A stretch of DNA of 64,000 nucleotides from the NCBI GenBank assembly GCA_016748015.1, contig JAAOMT010000777.1, forward strand, positions 315,209-379,208. The letters run 5' to 3'. A model generated the notes under the pieces. The model had not been told where the DNA came from. It did not search any database and saw nothing but the letters and a program-made list of their open reading frames with translations. Source of the stretch: Geosiphon pyriformis uo1 (Eukaryota; Fungi; Glomeromycota). A program made the translations under genes and the position numbers. The number at the start of each line of letters is the position of its first letter. The stretch's first letter is position 1. Below are positions 38,331-51,400 of this stretch, piece after piece.

Positions 38331-41300
38331 ATAATGGTTTTTTTATTGGTATAATTAATTTTAGAATAAATAAAAATATAGGTCTCCTCTCCCTTCCTCT
38401 TAATATTTCTTTTAACAAGAAGTGAATTGACTTTAAGATAATAAAAACTCAAGTTAAAATGACTGTTAAAATTTTTTTTACATTAAACATTAATTTTTCA
38501 GCTATAAAGGAAAAATTGGTGATAGCAAAAACTTAATTTATTAGAAAAAATTTTTCATTAATTAATGGTTTTAGAAGAGCCACTATTCTTTTAAAATTTG
38601 AAAAAATCATTAAATTGATATTTACTTTAGAAAAAAGCATAAAAAAAACTGTATTATTGGTCAAAAAAAAAGAGATTATTGTAAACAACAATGTTAAAAA
38701 CCAAAAATTTTATTCAAATTGGAGTGTAGTTATCAAAAAAATTCTCATAGATACACCAAAAGAAATGATTATTGTTATAGTATTTAAATTTGGTTAAATT
38801 GTGTTTATTAAATTGGAATTTATTAAGCTATAACAGAAAGCTATAGTGGAGTTTGCCAAATCAGTTTAAGCAGATTAATTAATAGTTAAATAATTATTTC
38901 TAATTGGAAAAGATTTAATGTACATAGCAAAAACCATAGAAGATCATAAAATTTAGATGTCAAGAAATTGATTTAAGATGCTTTTGTTTATTCTGTCTAT
39001 AAAAACAACTGCTTATAATCTTAGAAGCTTGTTAAAGAAGACTGGTAAAAAAAAACTTGTATTATTAACTATTTATTTAAATTTGGCAATAGAGTTACTG
39101 TACAGTAATTGAATTTGATTCAAAAAAGAAGTTGGAATCAGCTTTTTATACAGAGCCTATTCTAAATGATATTAAATTATCTTAGATTAGAATGAATTTG
39201 GTTTATTGTAAAAAATGTGAGTGTTTTGGTTATTTATCTTTTAAATATGATTCTTTAGACCCATCTGTCTTTACTTCAAAAAAAGTTTATAAAATAAATG
39301 TTTCAAATAAAAACTGTCTTTAGTTGGCCTATTTTTACATGAAAAAAATATTTTCATTATCTCTCTTGTTGTCTTTAATGGCAAATTCTAAACACAAATA
39401 GTCTTTTTAACTATCAGTTTTACAAGCTAAATGGTATAGAATTGGTACTTTTCATATCTGTTTTTTTTTTTTTACATTGGTAGATTTTTTGGCTTTTGAT
39501 GTAAATATAACTTTGAATCTAATTACAAACATTCTTATAATGTCTCTTTTTTACATAAAATTGAACATAGTTCCAAATAACTCACAAAATTTGTTTACTT
39601 TTCCTTTATTGGCAGTAACAGAAATTCTAGTTTTGGACTTGAACAGTTCAAAAATTCTGACCACCAAGATTGGAGATTTGGAATCTAAAATGATTGCTCT
39701 TAAAGTTTTTATTAGCTTAGTTTTAACTAAGTTGAATCAGTTGTATGCTAACTTAGATTTTTTATTATTTTTATTATCTTAATAACTAATTTAATTTAGA
39801 AGTTTGCTATATGTAATATCAAAAACATAAACAATTCTGTTAAGCAAAAAAATATTATTTATTGATACAAAGTTAAAAGTAATTCAATATTTATTGTTAC
39901 AGAAACAAAGCTAAAAGAGAAAATTCATTTCTAAATAATAAACAAATTTAATAAGGTTAGAATCTTTATTTTAGATATTAATTTCAATTATCTGAATTCT
40001 GGTGTTGTTGTGATAATTAACAGTAATATTGTTAAACATATTTACAAGATTTCAAAGATAGCTGGTCAGCTTTTGTTAATATATCTGCTATTTAAAAATA
40101 GTCTTTTTGTTTCTATTATGAGTTTATATGCTAAAACTACTCTGAAAAAAAGGTTAACTCAATCTTATAAGATTAATTCAATGGTGGCTAAGACTTTAAA
40201 AAATAGTGTTTTTGTGGTTCCTGGTAATAATTTCAACAAAAATAATTCTGGTTACAGTGCAAATTTCAAGAAATTTTTGAATATAGAATTATACAACTCT
40301 TTGAATAGTTTTTTAGTGTATTAAACACTTATGTGATCCAACTTTAAAAATGCTAATAAGTGTATAAACTTTATTTTAATTAGTAATAGTCTTTAGAATT
40401 TATTTATTAATTAACAAATTTATAGTTTGGATGAGTTTTTTAATACTAATTATATGGTTGTTTTAATAAATATTGGTTTGAAAAAACTTCTGAGCTCTTA
40501 GCTTATTTTAATATACAAACAAACTATCAAAAATAGGTAAAAATTCAAAGTCAATAATATTAACAAAGAGGTTTAGAAGAAATTTAGAAATCTGTCACTA
40601 GTTATTGCTAATAATTTTAAGAGTTGTAAAAAAAATCTAACATTAATAGAATATAAAGATTGCTTAACCAAGTAGTAAGCTTTACTGCTAAAGCTGCTCT
40701 TTTGAAAATATAGTACAAAGATGAAAATATAATCAAATATGTCATATCTTTTAAGTTTTATAAGCTGAAATTGTTAGTGTTTAAGATATTAAAAGCATAT
40801 AGATTGAATAATTTAAAAAAATTTTAGGCTTTATTTAATAAATGATTTAAATTAAATTTTGATTAAATAGTTAAGTTTAGGAAATTTTTTGATGATAACT
40901 GCAGCAAATTTTTGATCAAACAATTATTAACCCATTTTAAAAAGTGTTATAAGTCTTATAAAATATGAAAAGCTAAGATAGTTGAAGATTCTTATATTAA
41001 GATTACTATTACTAAACACATAAAAACTTTTGTCAATAACAAAAATCAGATAATAAAGAGTATACTAAAACAGCCTTTTAGAAAGATTGTACTGAATTAT
41101 TTGGTCAATAATAGTAATTTAGTTTTGAAACTTAATTTGTTTAAGTGTAGAATTAATTCAATTATAAAAAATTGGACCAAAAAATATACTGTTAAGAATT
41201 CTATTTTTTTTAATTGGCAGAAACAATTAATACTTTTTGACTATATTGAGGATGAAACATTTTTTGGTATTATAAAAACTATTAGTCTTGATGAATTTTT

Positions 41301-43104
41301 GTTGATAATTAAAAATCTCTCTAATAGTAAAGCTGCTGAATTATCTGATATTTCTAATAAGATGTGGAAGCATTATAACAAATATATTTTGTTTCTTTTT
41401 TTAAGTTTATTTAATTTGTGTTTGATAATAAAATCTGTTTCTAATATCTGAAAAAAAATTTGGGTATTAATAATTTTGGAGTCTTATAAATGGAAAAGAG
41501 TCTTAACAAATACCAAACCAATTATTTTTATTAAAACTATAAGAAAAATTCTGTTAAAAGTTTTATCTAATCAGATATCTAAAGTTTGTAATAAGTATAA
41601 TGTTCTATAGGGAGACAATTTTTTGGTTTTAAAGAATATATTAACTTAGTTTTTTATCTTTGCTGTTGGTTTTGTAATAGAAAATGCCTTAAAAAAAAGG
41701 AAAAAGATCTGATTAGTGCTCCAAAATATGCAAAAAGCTTATAATTTAGTAAACTGATTACATTTAAAAAAAAATCTGAAAAGAATCAAAATGTGTGCAA
41801 AATTTATTAAATTTTTTGGTCATATTCACAATAGCCACAAGAATAAAGTAATGATAGATTTTGGTTTGTTTAAAAATTATATGATTAATAATAGGTTAAA
41901 TTAGAGTAAAGTTTTTTCACTTTTTTTCTGGAGAATTTTTTATGATCTTCTTTTATATAAAATAAAAAAGCATAACTTAATTTTTGGATACTGCATAGAT
42001 TCCAAATTTGTTGTTAAAACTGGCAAAATTAAATTTAATACAAATTTGATCTTTTTTTTGGCTGTTAATACTTTTGTGAATAATATGATCTGAATTGGTA
42101 ATTGTTATACAACTACACAGAATATCTTAAATATTGCCAATAAGTTTTTAATATTATAAACATTTTAATAAACACAAAAAAGACAGTAGCTATTCTAATA
42201 AATTCAAGATCTAATAATGCTTTTTTGAATATAAGTGGATTTTTTATTTTGATTACTAAAGCTAATAAAACTCATTAGTATTTGGATATCTTTTTGTTAA
42301 TTAAAGATTTTTTTAATCTAAATATAAAAAAAAGCAATTTAAATATGAAGTTTTTTTTGTTGATAGTCTTGTATAAAGCCATATTAGACAAATAGTTTTT
42401 TTACTTGGTTATAGCAGTTTTGCAACTAATTATTGAGTACAAAACTCAGTTTAGTTTTGTTAATAAAAGTATATATAACAAATAAAACTGTCTAATTAAA
42501 AAAGATTTAAAAGCCAAAACCAATTTATTAAGTAATTTTTTTAATAAAGTTATATACTATTATTATTGTACAATTTAAAATCTTTTGAGCAGATCTAAGT
42601 AAAAGAAAAAGTGGCATTAGTTATGCGTTTTATTAATACTAAAGATATTTTAAGTTGGCTTTTTTAACATAAATTGCTAAACTTACAGATATTAAGTTGG
42701 GTTTCTTAGAATTTTTTCAATTTTTTATTAGGTTAAGAGTTAATTTTGCAAACAATTTTCTTGCTGGGATAACTTGAACTTTTTTATGCAATAATATTTC
42801 TCTGAATAATAGTTTGTTTAATGCTTTTTATCTTAAAAAAGAGTTCTTGTTATAGATATTTTGGGTCAGGTAAAATATTTTCAGATTTTTAAATTTCTTA
42901 AGCATTTTGGCATAATTTTTGCAGATTAGTTTTTGAACAGCCATGGTAAATGTTTTTTATGGAAGAATTTTTACCATTAAAAGCAATTAAATCTTAGGGG
43001 TTTAATTTTTTTTTAGTTTATATAAGTTTTAGAGTTTGTTAAAAATAGTAATTTGGTTTGTGGTCTTTTGGCTGTTCTTAAACTTTATTCTAAATTGTGC
43101 ATGT

Positions 43105-44037
43105 TGTTACAAGTGATTATTTCTGTTGTGGAATTGAGTAACAAACCCGTAATTTGATGCTCAAAAGCTACTTTTGTGGATGATGTGCAGAAGGTATGGT
43201 ATCTGAAGGTTTTGGTTGATCTGAAGGTTTTTGTTGTGAAGTTCTTTGTATAATGGACAGAGATTCAATAAGATTGATAGTGGTTGTATTCTCAAGTGGT
43301 TTCCTCAATTTTTTTCTTAGTGTGGTGGCTGGATTTAGTCTGGCAGTCGTGCCCTTCTGGTAAGCTATCCGATAATATATATAAAATCCTACCCTTATTT
43401 CTGGGTTTTTTACCAAGCTATTCTTGATGTCAATAACTCAGTGCTTAATCTTTTAATCAATTAGTATACAACAACAAAATCAAAGAAAGAAAGGAAATAA
43501 AATAAAAAAAATAAAAATAAAGAAAATAAAGAAAATAAGCCAAGGCAATTTGGTCTGTTAGTATCTTGTCAATAGCCGTGATCAAGAGCTATTATTCCAG
43601 CATGATTAAGTAGCAATTACTATCAACATGAAGTGTTGATAGTGGATAGTGGATTGAGATATGGAATAATTATTTATTTGATGATTGGTTTCTTGGCTAA
43701 AGATTCTGTGATATCGATTCTGTTTTTTTCTGTTTTTAATACTACTGCTATATATACATAATTGGAATTCCTCAATTCCTCAATTCTTCATGACAGGAAT
43801 CCTGGAATTCTTGGAATCCTGCGATTCCTTTGAGAGGAATCCTGGAATTCTGGAATCCTACAATTTCTCATTGGGAATTCTGAAATTCCTGAAATCCTGC
43901 AATTCCTCATTGAGAATCCTGAAATTTCTGGAATCCTGTAATTTTTGAGAGGAATTCTGGAATTCCACATTTACTATGCTTACTTCTGATTGGCTAATAA
44001 TTATGCTAATATATTTCCTATATTTCTATGAGTAACA
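43105..44037 (-). repeat. 3' LTR of the full-length Ty3/Gypsy element (933 bp)
   Basis: Preceded on the element strand by the purine tract AAAAGAAGAGAATAA (PPT, 44038-44052). Confidence 0.92.
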
Positions 44038-44050
44038 TTATTCTCTTCTT

Positions 44051-44710
44051 TTAATATTGAGCTCTATCAAAATCTAACTCATGTAATTTCCCCTCTTGAA
44101 GTATTTCCTGGATTTTATTTTCGAGAATTACTTGTGTTATTTGGGTCTGTAATTCTTCAAATTGAGCATTGGTGATTTTTCCCAATTGATTACTGGTAAC
44201 CCTATCCATTGCTCTATTGAGCAATATTTCTGGTTTATCTTGAAATGCTGTATGTATTCGGTATATAGCTCAGGCTTGTGTGGATAAGTTGTTCTTTTCC
44301 AAAAAATATTCTAATTGTTGTAGTATTTTTTTGTTGAATAATTGCTTTGTTTTATCCGTATATAGATTCTGGATATTTATGTGTTGTCCCAAGTAAAAAT
44401 AACAATAGTTTCGTGGAAATTGTTGTATCCACCAATTCCAAGTTTCTTTAGTCAACTCTTGATATAGTGACTCTTTTGTCGATTTTTTTATTGCTACTTT
44501 TACTTTTGCCATGATTTTGTCCACAGTATTTTCAGTTTTCTTCTGTGTTCTGAGTTGAAATGTCTTTCTAGTATTTTGATATCGAATGGTTTGTTGATTG
44601 ATTGTAATCTCCATTTCCTGGTGTTGGATTAATTGAAAGAATTGTTGTGCTAGTGAGTGAATGTTGTCTGTAATTTCCATTTTTTTGATATTTCCTGTTG
44701 CATCTACCAT
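44051..44710 (-). pseudogene. Extra 3' ORF (env position) of the Ty3/Gypsy element, about 219 codons with one internal TGA
   Basis: ORF 44270-44710 continues in frame past a TGA (probably CGA) to TAA 44051-44053, next to the PPT. Its C-terminal part aligns with the ORF at 63780-64000. Confidence 0.7.
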
Positions 44711-47700
44711 GTCTTTATATATTCTTTTAATGGATCAATTTAACATGTTGTTGTTGATAATAATGATTGGTTCCAGATCTTGTGGAATCTCATCTGGTTG
44801 AACTAGTATTCTCTGTACTCCTAATTGTGGAATATTACTGGTAGATGGTAGTGTGATGTTGTGATATGGTTTCAGTCGATCTCCATGTGCTGCTTTGGTT
44901 AAAATTTTGTTATCCAATCTTAATTTGTAAGCTCCATTCCTAGAATTTCTTTTATGTGAAATGGTCCGTTCCATTTGGAGTCAAATTTTCCATTTCATTG
45001 TTTTTCTGCTTTAGTACGATGTAGTAATAATTTGTCTCCGATCTTGAATTCAACTGATTTGTCTGGTAGTTGACTATTGTGTCTTTCTTTCTGTGTTTTT
45101 TGTGACTTTTGGATATTATCAGCTGCTCTTTTTTGTTTGTTTTCCAATGTTTCCATTAAGTTATATGTTCTTCTTAGCAATATTTCTTGAAAATTTTTCT
45201 CTGTTATTGGTTCAGCTGGATATGTATTAATTTCTCTTTCTATTGGTAATGTTGCTATTCTTCCATATACTAATTTAAATGGTGTTGCTTGTGTAGTATC
45301 CTGTTTTGTTGTCCAATAAGCAAATAGTACTGATGGTATGAACAAATCCCAATCATTCTGGTTTTCTTGGCTGAGCTTGGCTATTGCTTTACACAATGTT
45401 CTGTTGAATCTTTCTATTAATCCATTGGTTGTGGATGGTATGGTGATAATAATGGTCTCTTGATTCCAAATCTTTGGCTCAATTCTGTTAATGTTCTGTT
45501 TACAAAATGAGTTCCTTGGTTTGATAATAATTCTTTTGGACATCCATGTCAACAAATCAAATCCTGATGAATAAATTCGGCAACGGATTCTGCATCCACT
45601 CTTTGAATTGCTTTTGTCTCTGGCCATTTAGTGAGATAATCCATAGCTATTGCTATGTATCTGTTTCCTCTGCTGGTAATTGTTAATGGTCTGACTAAAT
45701 CAATTCCCATATGGTCAAATGGTTGTCCTACTTTAATTGGTCTTAATGGTTTACTGGGTCTTGTTCCTCCTTTTCGCTGACAATCATCACAATTTTGAAC
45801 ATATTGAATGATGTTTGGGTACATTGATAGCCAATAATATCTTTTTCTAGTTCTTTTCATGGTTGCTTCTTTGTGAAAATGTCTTGCTGTTGGATTTGAG
45901 TGCATGTTAAATAATATTGTTTTTTTTTCTGGCTCCGTAATTATTCTGGTTGGTTGATCTGGATCCCTTCTATTTTTCTGATAAAGTATATTTTGGTGAG
46001 TGATAAAATATTTTGATTGTTGTTTGATACTCCTTCGTTCCATATGAGATAAATTCTCCTTAAACTGTTGAGTGTTTAAATAATGTTGCAATTGTTGATA
46101 TTTTTGTATGTTCATCTTTTGTTGTATTTTTCCATTGGTATTGTTCTGGTTTTATTATATTTTTGGGTTGAAATGTTCTTAGATTTGTCTTATTCGCAAT
46201 AAACCGTCAGCATTTCCATTGTCTTTTCCTTTTTTGTAATGTATAGTATAATTGTATAGTGCGAGTGCTATTTTCCATCTTGACTGTCTTCCATCTCCAA
46301 ATTCTTGTTTTTGGAGTGATGTTAATCCCTTGTGATCTGTGTATACTTCAAACTTCTGGCTCAAGTATTCTTTCCATTTCATGATGGCCCAGTATATTGC
46401 TAAGTGTTTATGTTCCAGTGTTCCATAGTTCTTTTCAGCTGGTGTTAAACTTCTGCTGGCATATGCTACTAGATGTTTTCTGCCGTCCAGTTCTCTTTGA
46501 GATAATACTGCTCTCAATGCTTGGCTGGATGCACGGTGGTAATGATGAATGGTTTGCTGTAATCTGAATAGATCAGTACTAGAACTTGGATGAGCTTTTT
46601 CCTTAGAATATTAAAAGTTTCTTGTTGACTTTCTGTCTATTCATATTTCGCATTTTTGTTTTGCAGTTGATTGAGTGGCTGTGCTATCTTAGAAAAGTTC
46701 TTGATAAAACGATGATAGTAACTGGTGAATCCCAAGAATGATTTCAGTCCTGTTATATTAGTTAGCACTAGAAAGTTCTTTACTATCTCTATTTTCTCTG
46801 GATCCATTTTGATGCCATCTTTGCTAACTATGTGTCCCAAGAATTTGAGTTCTGTCTTGTCAAAGAAGCACTTTGTTGCATTTAACTTTAGTCCTGCTCT
46901 TCTTAGTCTTTCAAACACTTGTTGAAGATGATGAAGATGATCATTAAACATCTTTGAGAATACATTGGTGTTGTCTAAGTATACAACTACTGATTTCCAC
47001 AATAAGCCAGTATAAATAATTTCTATTAGCCATTGGAAAGTTGCTGGGGTGTTGGTTAAGCTGAATGGCATCACTTCAAATTCAAAATTCTCTTCTCTAG
47101 TAGTAAATGCCATTTTCTCTTTGTCAGCTGAATTCATGGCTACTTGCCAGTAACCACTATCAAAATCTAATGTAGAGAACTATTTGTTCCCACCAAAAGC
47201 ATCAAATAATTCCTGTATTCATGGAGTTGGATAACTGTCTCCACGAGTTACATCATTGAGTTTCCTGTAGTCTACACAAAACTGGATTTTTTCATTTTTC
47301 TTTCGGACGAGTACCACTGGTGACGACTATAGACTCATTGATGATTGAATTACCCCATTGTCAAGCATTCTGTTTATTTCTTGACAAATAATCTCATGGC
47401 TGGCTAGTGGTATTCAGTATGCTCTTTGTTTGATTGGTATTGCATCTCCAGTTTTAATCTGATGCTGGATGATGTCAGTTTGGCCAAACTCATTTTCGCT
47501 GGCAAAGATGTCATTAAAATTGTTGAGTAACATCTTGAGCTGCATATATTGGAATGGATCTAAGTTTCCCATGTTCATTTGTTCCAATTGTTCTGGTTGG
47601 AGCAAATAATATTTGTCTCATCCATAGATTGTTTGTGATGTGATGTCAACATATCCACAAAATTGTGGAAAGTCTGAAATGGGGTTTGGTGGTTGGTTTT

Positions 47701-48010
47701 CTATTTCTGTGGTTAAATATCCGATAGTGGTTCCTTCTGGTATGCTGATAACATTGCCAGTATTGTTGTAGATGAGAATTTTTATGCTGCTATAGTTTTT
47801 GGCTGGTATATGGAGATTGATCAACCCAATCTCTCCTGATTCACAAAGGGTTGTTTCCGCTTCAAAAATCTGTTCTTGCTCCTTTTCCTTTCTTTCTATT
47901 GTTAACATGTACTGGCTATATGGTGGAATGGAAATAGCTTGACCAGTTGAGATAATTTCTCCTTGGCCAATAATTTTTTTCTCCGTCATATTAACTAGTA
48001 TGTTTGTTCT

Positions 48011-48403
48011 ACCCATTGATCCGAATCCTTGTATTCCTCTTGCTATTAGTCCTAATTTCTCCCTCTTTTCCACTGACACTAACTGAGCTACTCTAATCAG
48101 AGGCAGGAATATTGCCTGTCCTATCTTTTCATTGGGCTCTATTATATAGGTCTTTTCTGAGTCATTTTGTAGCATAGCGATGATATTTCCTACATATTCC
48201 GCGTTAATTATTTCTTCTTTTATATTGATTCCTCTTTTCGCTAAGCTACTCCTTGATGCTAATTGAATCATTGTTGTTGCCGGAATCTCTAGTGCTATTT
48301 TCAGATCAATACAGGTGTGTGAATGCGGTTCTAATTTGATGACATCTTTTCTTGGATATCTCAGATCAAACCTTGCATCTGTATCATGCGCACATTTTGG
48401 CAT
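48011..48403 (-). pseudogene. dUTPase domain inside the Ty3/Gypsy pol, between protease and RT
   Basis: Motifs are AHDTDARFDL (1), ASRSSLA (2), degenerate IINAEYVGNI (3), EKIGQAIF (4) and RGIQGFGSMG (5). Confidence 0.88.
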
Positions 48404-51400
48404 AATACCTTCTCCATTGTCACTATACCATTTCAACTCTTGTTCCTTGGAGAGATCTGGTAATGTGATGTATTGTTTATAGTTCAAATCGGGTTTTGAA
48501 TCTGAGTCTGAATTGTTTTCATTGTTATTGCCATTTTGAATGGAGCTAGAACTGTTGTTTTTGTCATCATCATTGGAGTCTGGATCATGATTGATCAGCA
48601 ATTCTGTTTCCAATGCACAGCTGCTGATTGGTTCTTCTTCTTCAGGGATCGAGTAGATCATGCGTGGTGGTGGATTGTAAATGAGGTCACAATCATCACA
48701 ATATTCAAAGTCACTGGGAATTAAACAATGATGACACAGTTTTGTATTTAACTGTGCTAGCCATTGTTTTTGCTCTTCTCTAGTGGGTGCCAAGTTTTGG
48801 TAGTGTTCATAAAACTCTTCTGGTTCTAGAAAATTTATAACTGGCTCTGCATCCCAGTCAAGCTCGATGGGTTCTGGTGGGTTGTTTTTAATTGTCCGGA
48901 TTTCTTCTGGCAACGCGCCTTCAATTTTGGCGGTTGCCATTCTCCAAATTTTGTCATCATCATGTGGACAACTGTCTAATTGTTGCACTGCTCTTTGCCA
49001 AGTGGCTTCAATTGGTGTCCTCTTTTTAACCCAGTCACTGATCAGAATTGTGTATTGACACTCTACATTATATGTTCCTCCCCATCCGGGAATGTCATGC
49101 CACATTTTTTCATCCAAGAGAGTCTCTCCACAAGCTAAGCATGGCTGATTGTCCTATTTCCCTACTTGTTTTGGTCTTCCAAAGTGTTCAAGGATGCATA
49201 GGTGGCAATAGAACCTAGTTGCCATTGAATATTCCTCATTGTCCTCACAGCATGTGCCTATTGACGACAATTTCTTACCACAATCATCACATATAAGCTT
49301 AGGTCGACGATAGGTAGATTGTTGTGGTATAGTGTAGGTGTTATAAATAGTGGTGGTTTGGGTGGTCTTTTCTTCTTTCCCTTTTCTTTTATTTTTTTTG
49401 TCTTCTTCCCATTTCCAGCTTGATGTCAGTTTGCTCTTGTCATTGTCGGTCCATGTCAAGTCATCAGTTTCCCAGGTAAGTTTTTCTTTTTGTTTCCCTT
49501 TTCCCTTGTTGCTGTCATCTCAGAAGAGTATTGGCAGTAGTTCATTGTGCTCTTCATCTGCCCACAACACTTGGTAGGCTTCCCCAATAGGCTTTTCTTT
49601 CTCCTCCTCCAGTTCGATCAATAGTTTCTCTCTTGGAGGAGTTTTGAAGTGGCCACACGTGGCTGGAACACATATGTGTTGGCCCTGATACGTTAGTTGA
49701 AGTTCCTGGGTGTTTCAGTCTAACGTTGCATTGACTTTGGATAGCCAGTTATTACTAACGAGAGCTTGGTATTGAGTGGCTTCCATCACTAGAACTTTGA
49801 TGAGAGTCATGATGTCATTGACTTTAAAAGGAAAGTCGTCAATTTCGCTGATTAGAGTTTTGGTTACTCCATTGGCTGTGATGATTCTGGCACTGGCAGC
49901 TCAATCAACTCGGCGACCTAATTAATCCATAAATTGTTTCATGATTATGCTGCTTGCAGAACCGCTGTCCAGGATTAATTTGATGAATTGTCCTTCTACT
50001 TTGGTATCAGTGTACATCACGGTGATTGGTTTGGCTTCAAGAGTGGCTCCACTAAATAATGGCATTGCAGCTGTTTCCTCAAATTCGAATGGGAAGATAG
50101 TGGCCAATGACTTGTCTTTGGTGATGGTAGCAGGTGGAATATTACTGGTGAGTGGTTGTTTTTGGGTAAATACCAGGTTACTGGTTGAAGCGTCTTCTGG
50201 GGTGACCAGGAAACTTAAATAGTTCTGGGAATTCAAGTTCTGGAATTGACCAGTACCCGAATTCTGCTGGCATAATCCAGATGGTTGCTGTGAAGAACTG
50301 GGGATCGATTGATAGACTACTATCGCCAATCTCCAGCTCTATTGAGTCATTCTCGGTCTTTGAGTTCCATTGGGTGGTAAGCTTTGGGGTGGTGTTTGGA
50401 TCTGTTGGGATTGATAGATTATTTGTGGCTGTGGTTGATATATTACTTGTGGCTGCAGCTGATAAATCGGAGATTGATATACTGAAGACTGATAGACTGA
50501 TGACTGCATCACTGGTAGGTAAGCGGGTGGGTTTTGATTTGGGTACTGATTCAGAGTTTGGAACTGGCGATCGGGGTTTTGATATTGATTTTCCGATCAT
50601 TGGTTATTTAAACGCTGGCGACAGTTAATTTGAATATGTTTTTGTTTACCACAATAGTGGCAGATACATGTTTCCTGTTGTCACTGTTGATTGGTTGATG
50701 GAGATGGATGTGGTTGATTTTGGGCATGATTAGAGTTTCCTTGATTATTGCGTTGTTGTAGAGGCTGATAAATAGTGTGATTGTCAGCTAAGTATCCTTC
50801 CAATCTCTTATTGATTGATTTACTGAACTTCTCCAATTTGGAATCCAATTCAGATGATCCATTCATTACTAGATTAATAGCTTGGGCGTGGTTAGCCTCT
50901 AACTCAGCAGATTCAAAATTTCTGGTGTGTGTGACTGTATCTTGAAGGGTGCCTGGATGCAACGGATGTACATGTTGCAAGATGCTGCTGTGCAGGCCAC
51001 AGATAAACTGATTGAGTATCTGTGGTGCTGTGAAATAGTTGGTGTCAATTGCTTGAATTTGGTGTAGGTTTTAATGGAAGCATCCCAAGTAAGTGGTAAC
51101 TGCTTCAGTTTCTCCTTGTTTTATGGTGGTGAATGCATTGACTAGGCAATTGATGCTGTTATTGTTGCTGAAGTATCTTAGGAATTCCACTTTGAAGGCA
51201 TTAAAATCTTGTGGTTTATTAATCAAGCTCTGGTACCATGAATCAGTGGTATCTTTGAGAAAGTAGGGAATGGCTTGCATTGCTCGAGTGTCATTCCATC
51301 CATTGGCTATGATGGCCTTTTCTACATCATTCAGCCATATTTGAGTGTCATCCTCTTCCCCCATAAAGTTGTCAAGTTTTGTGATTGGTGTGTAGGCTAT

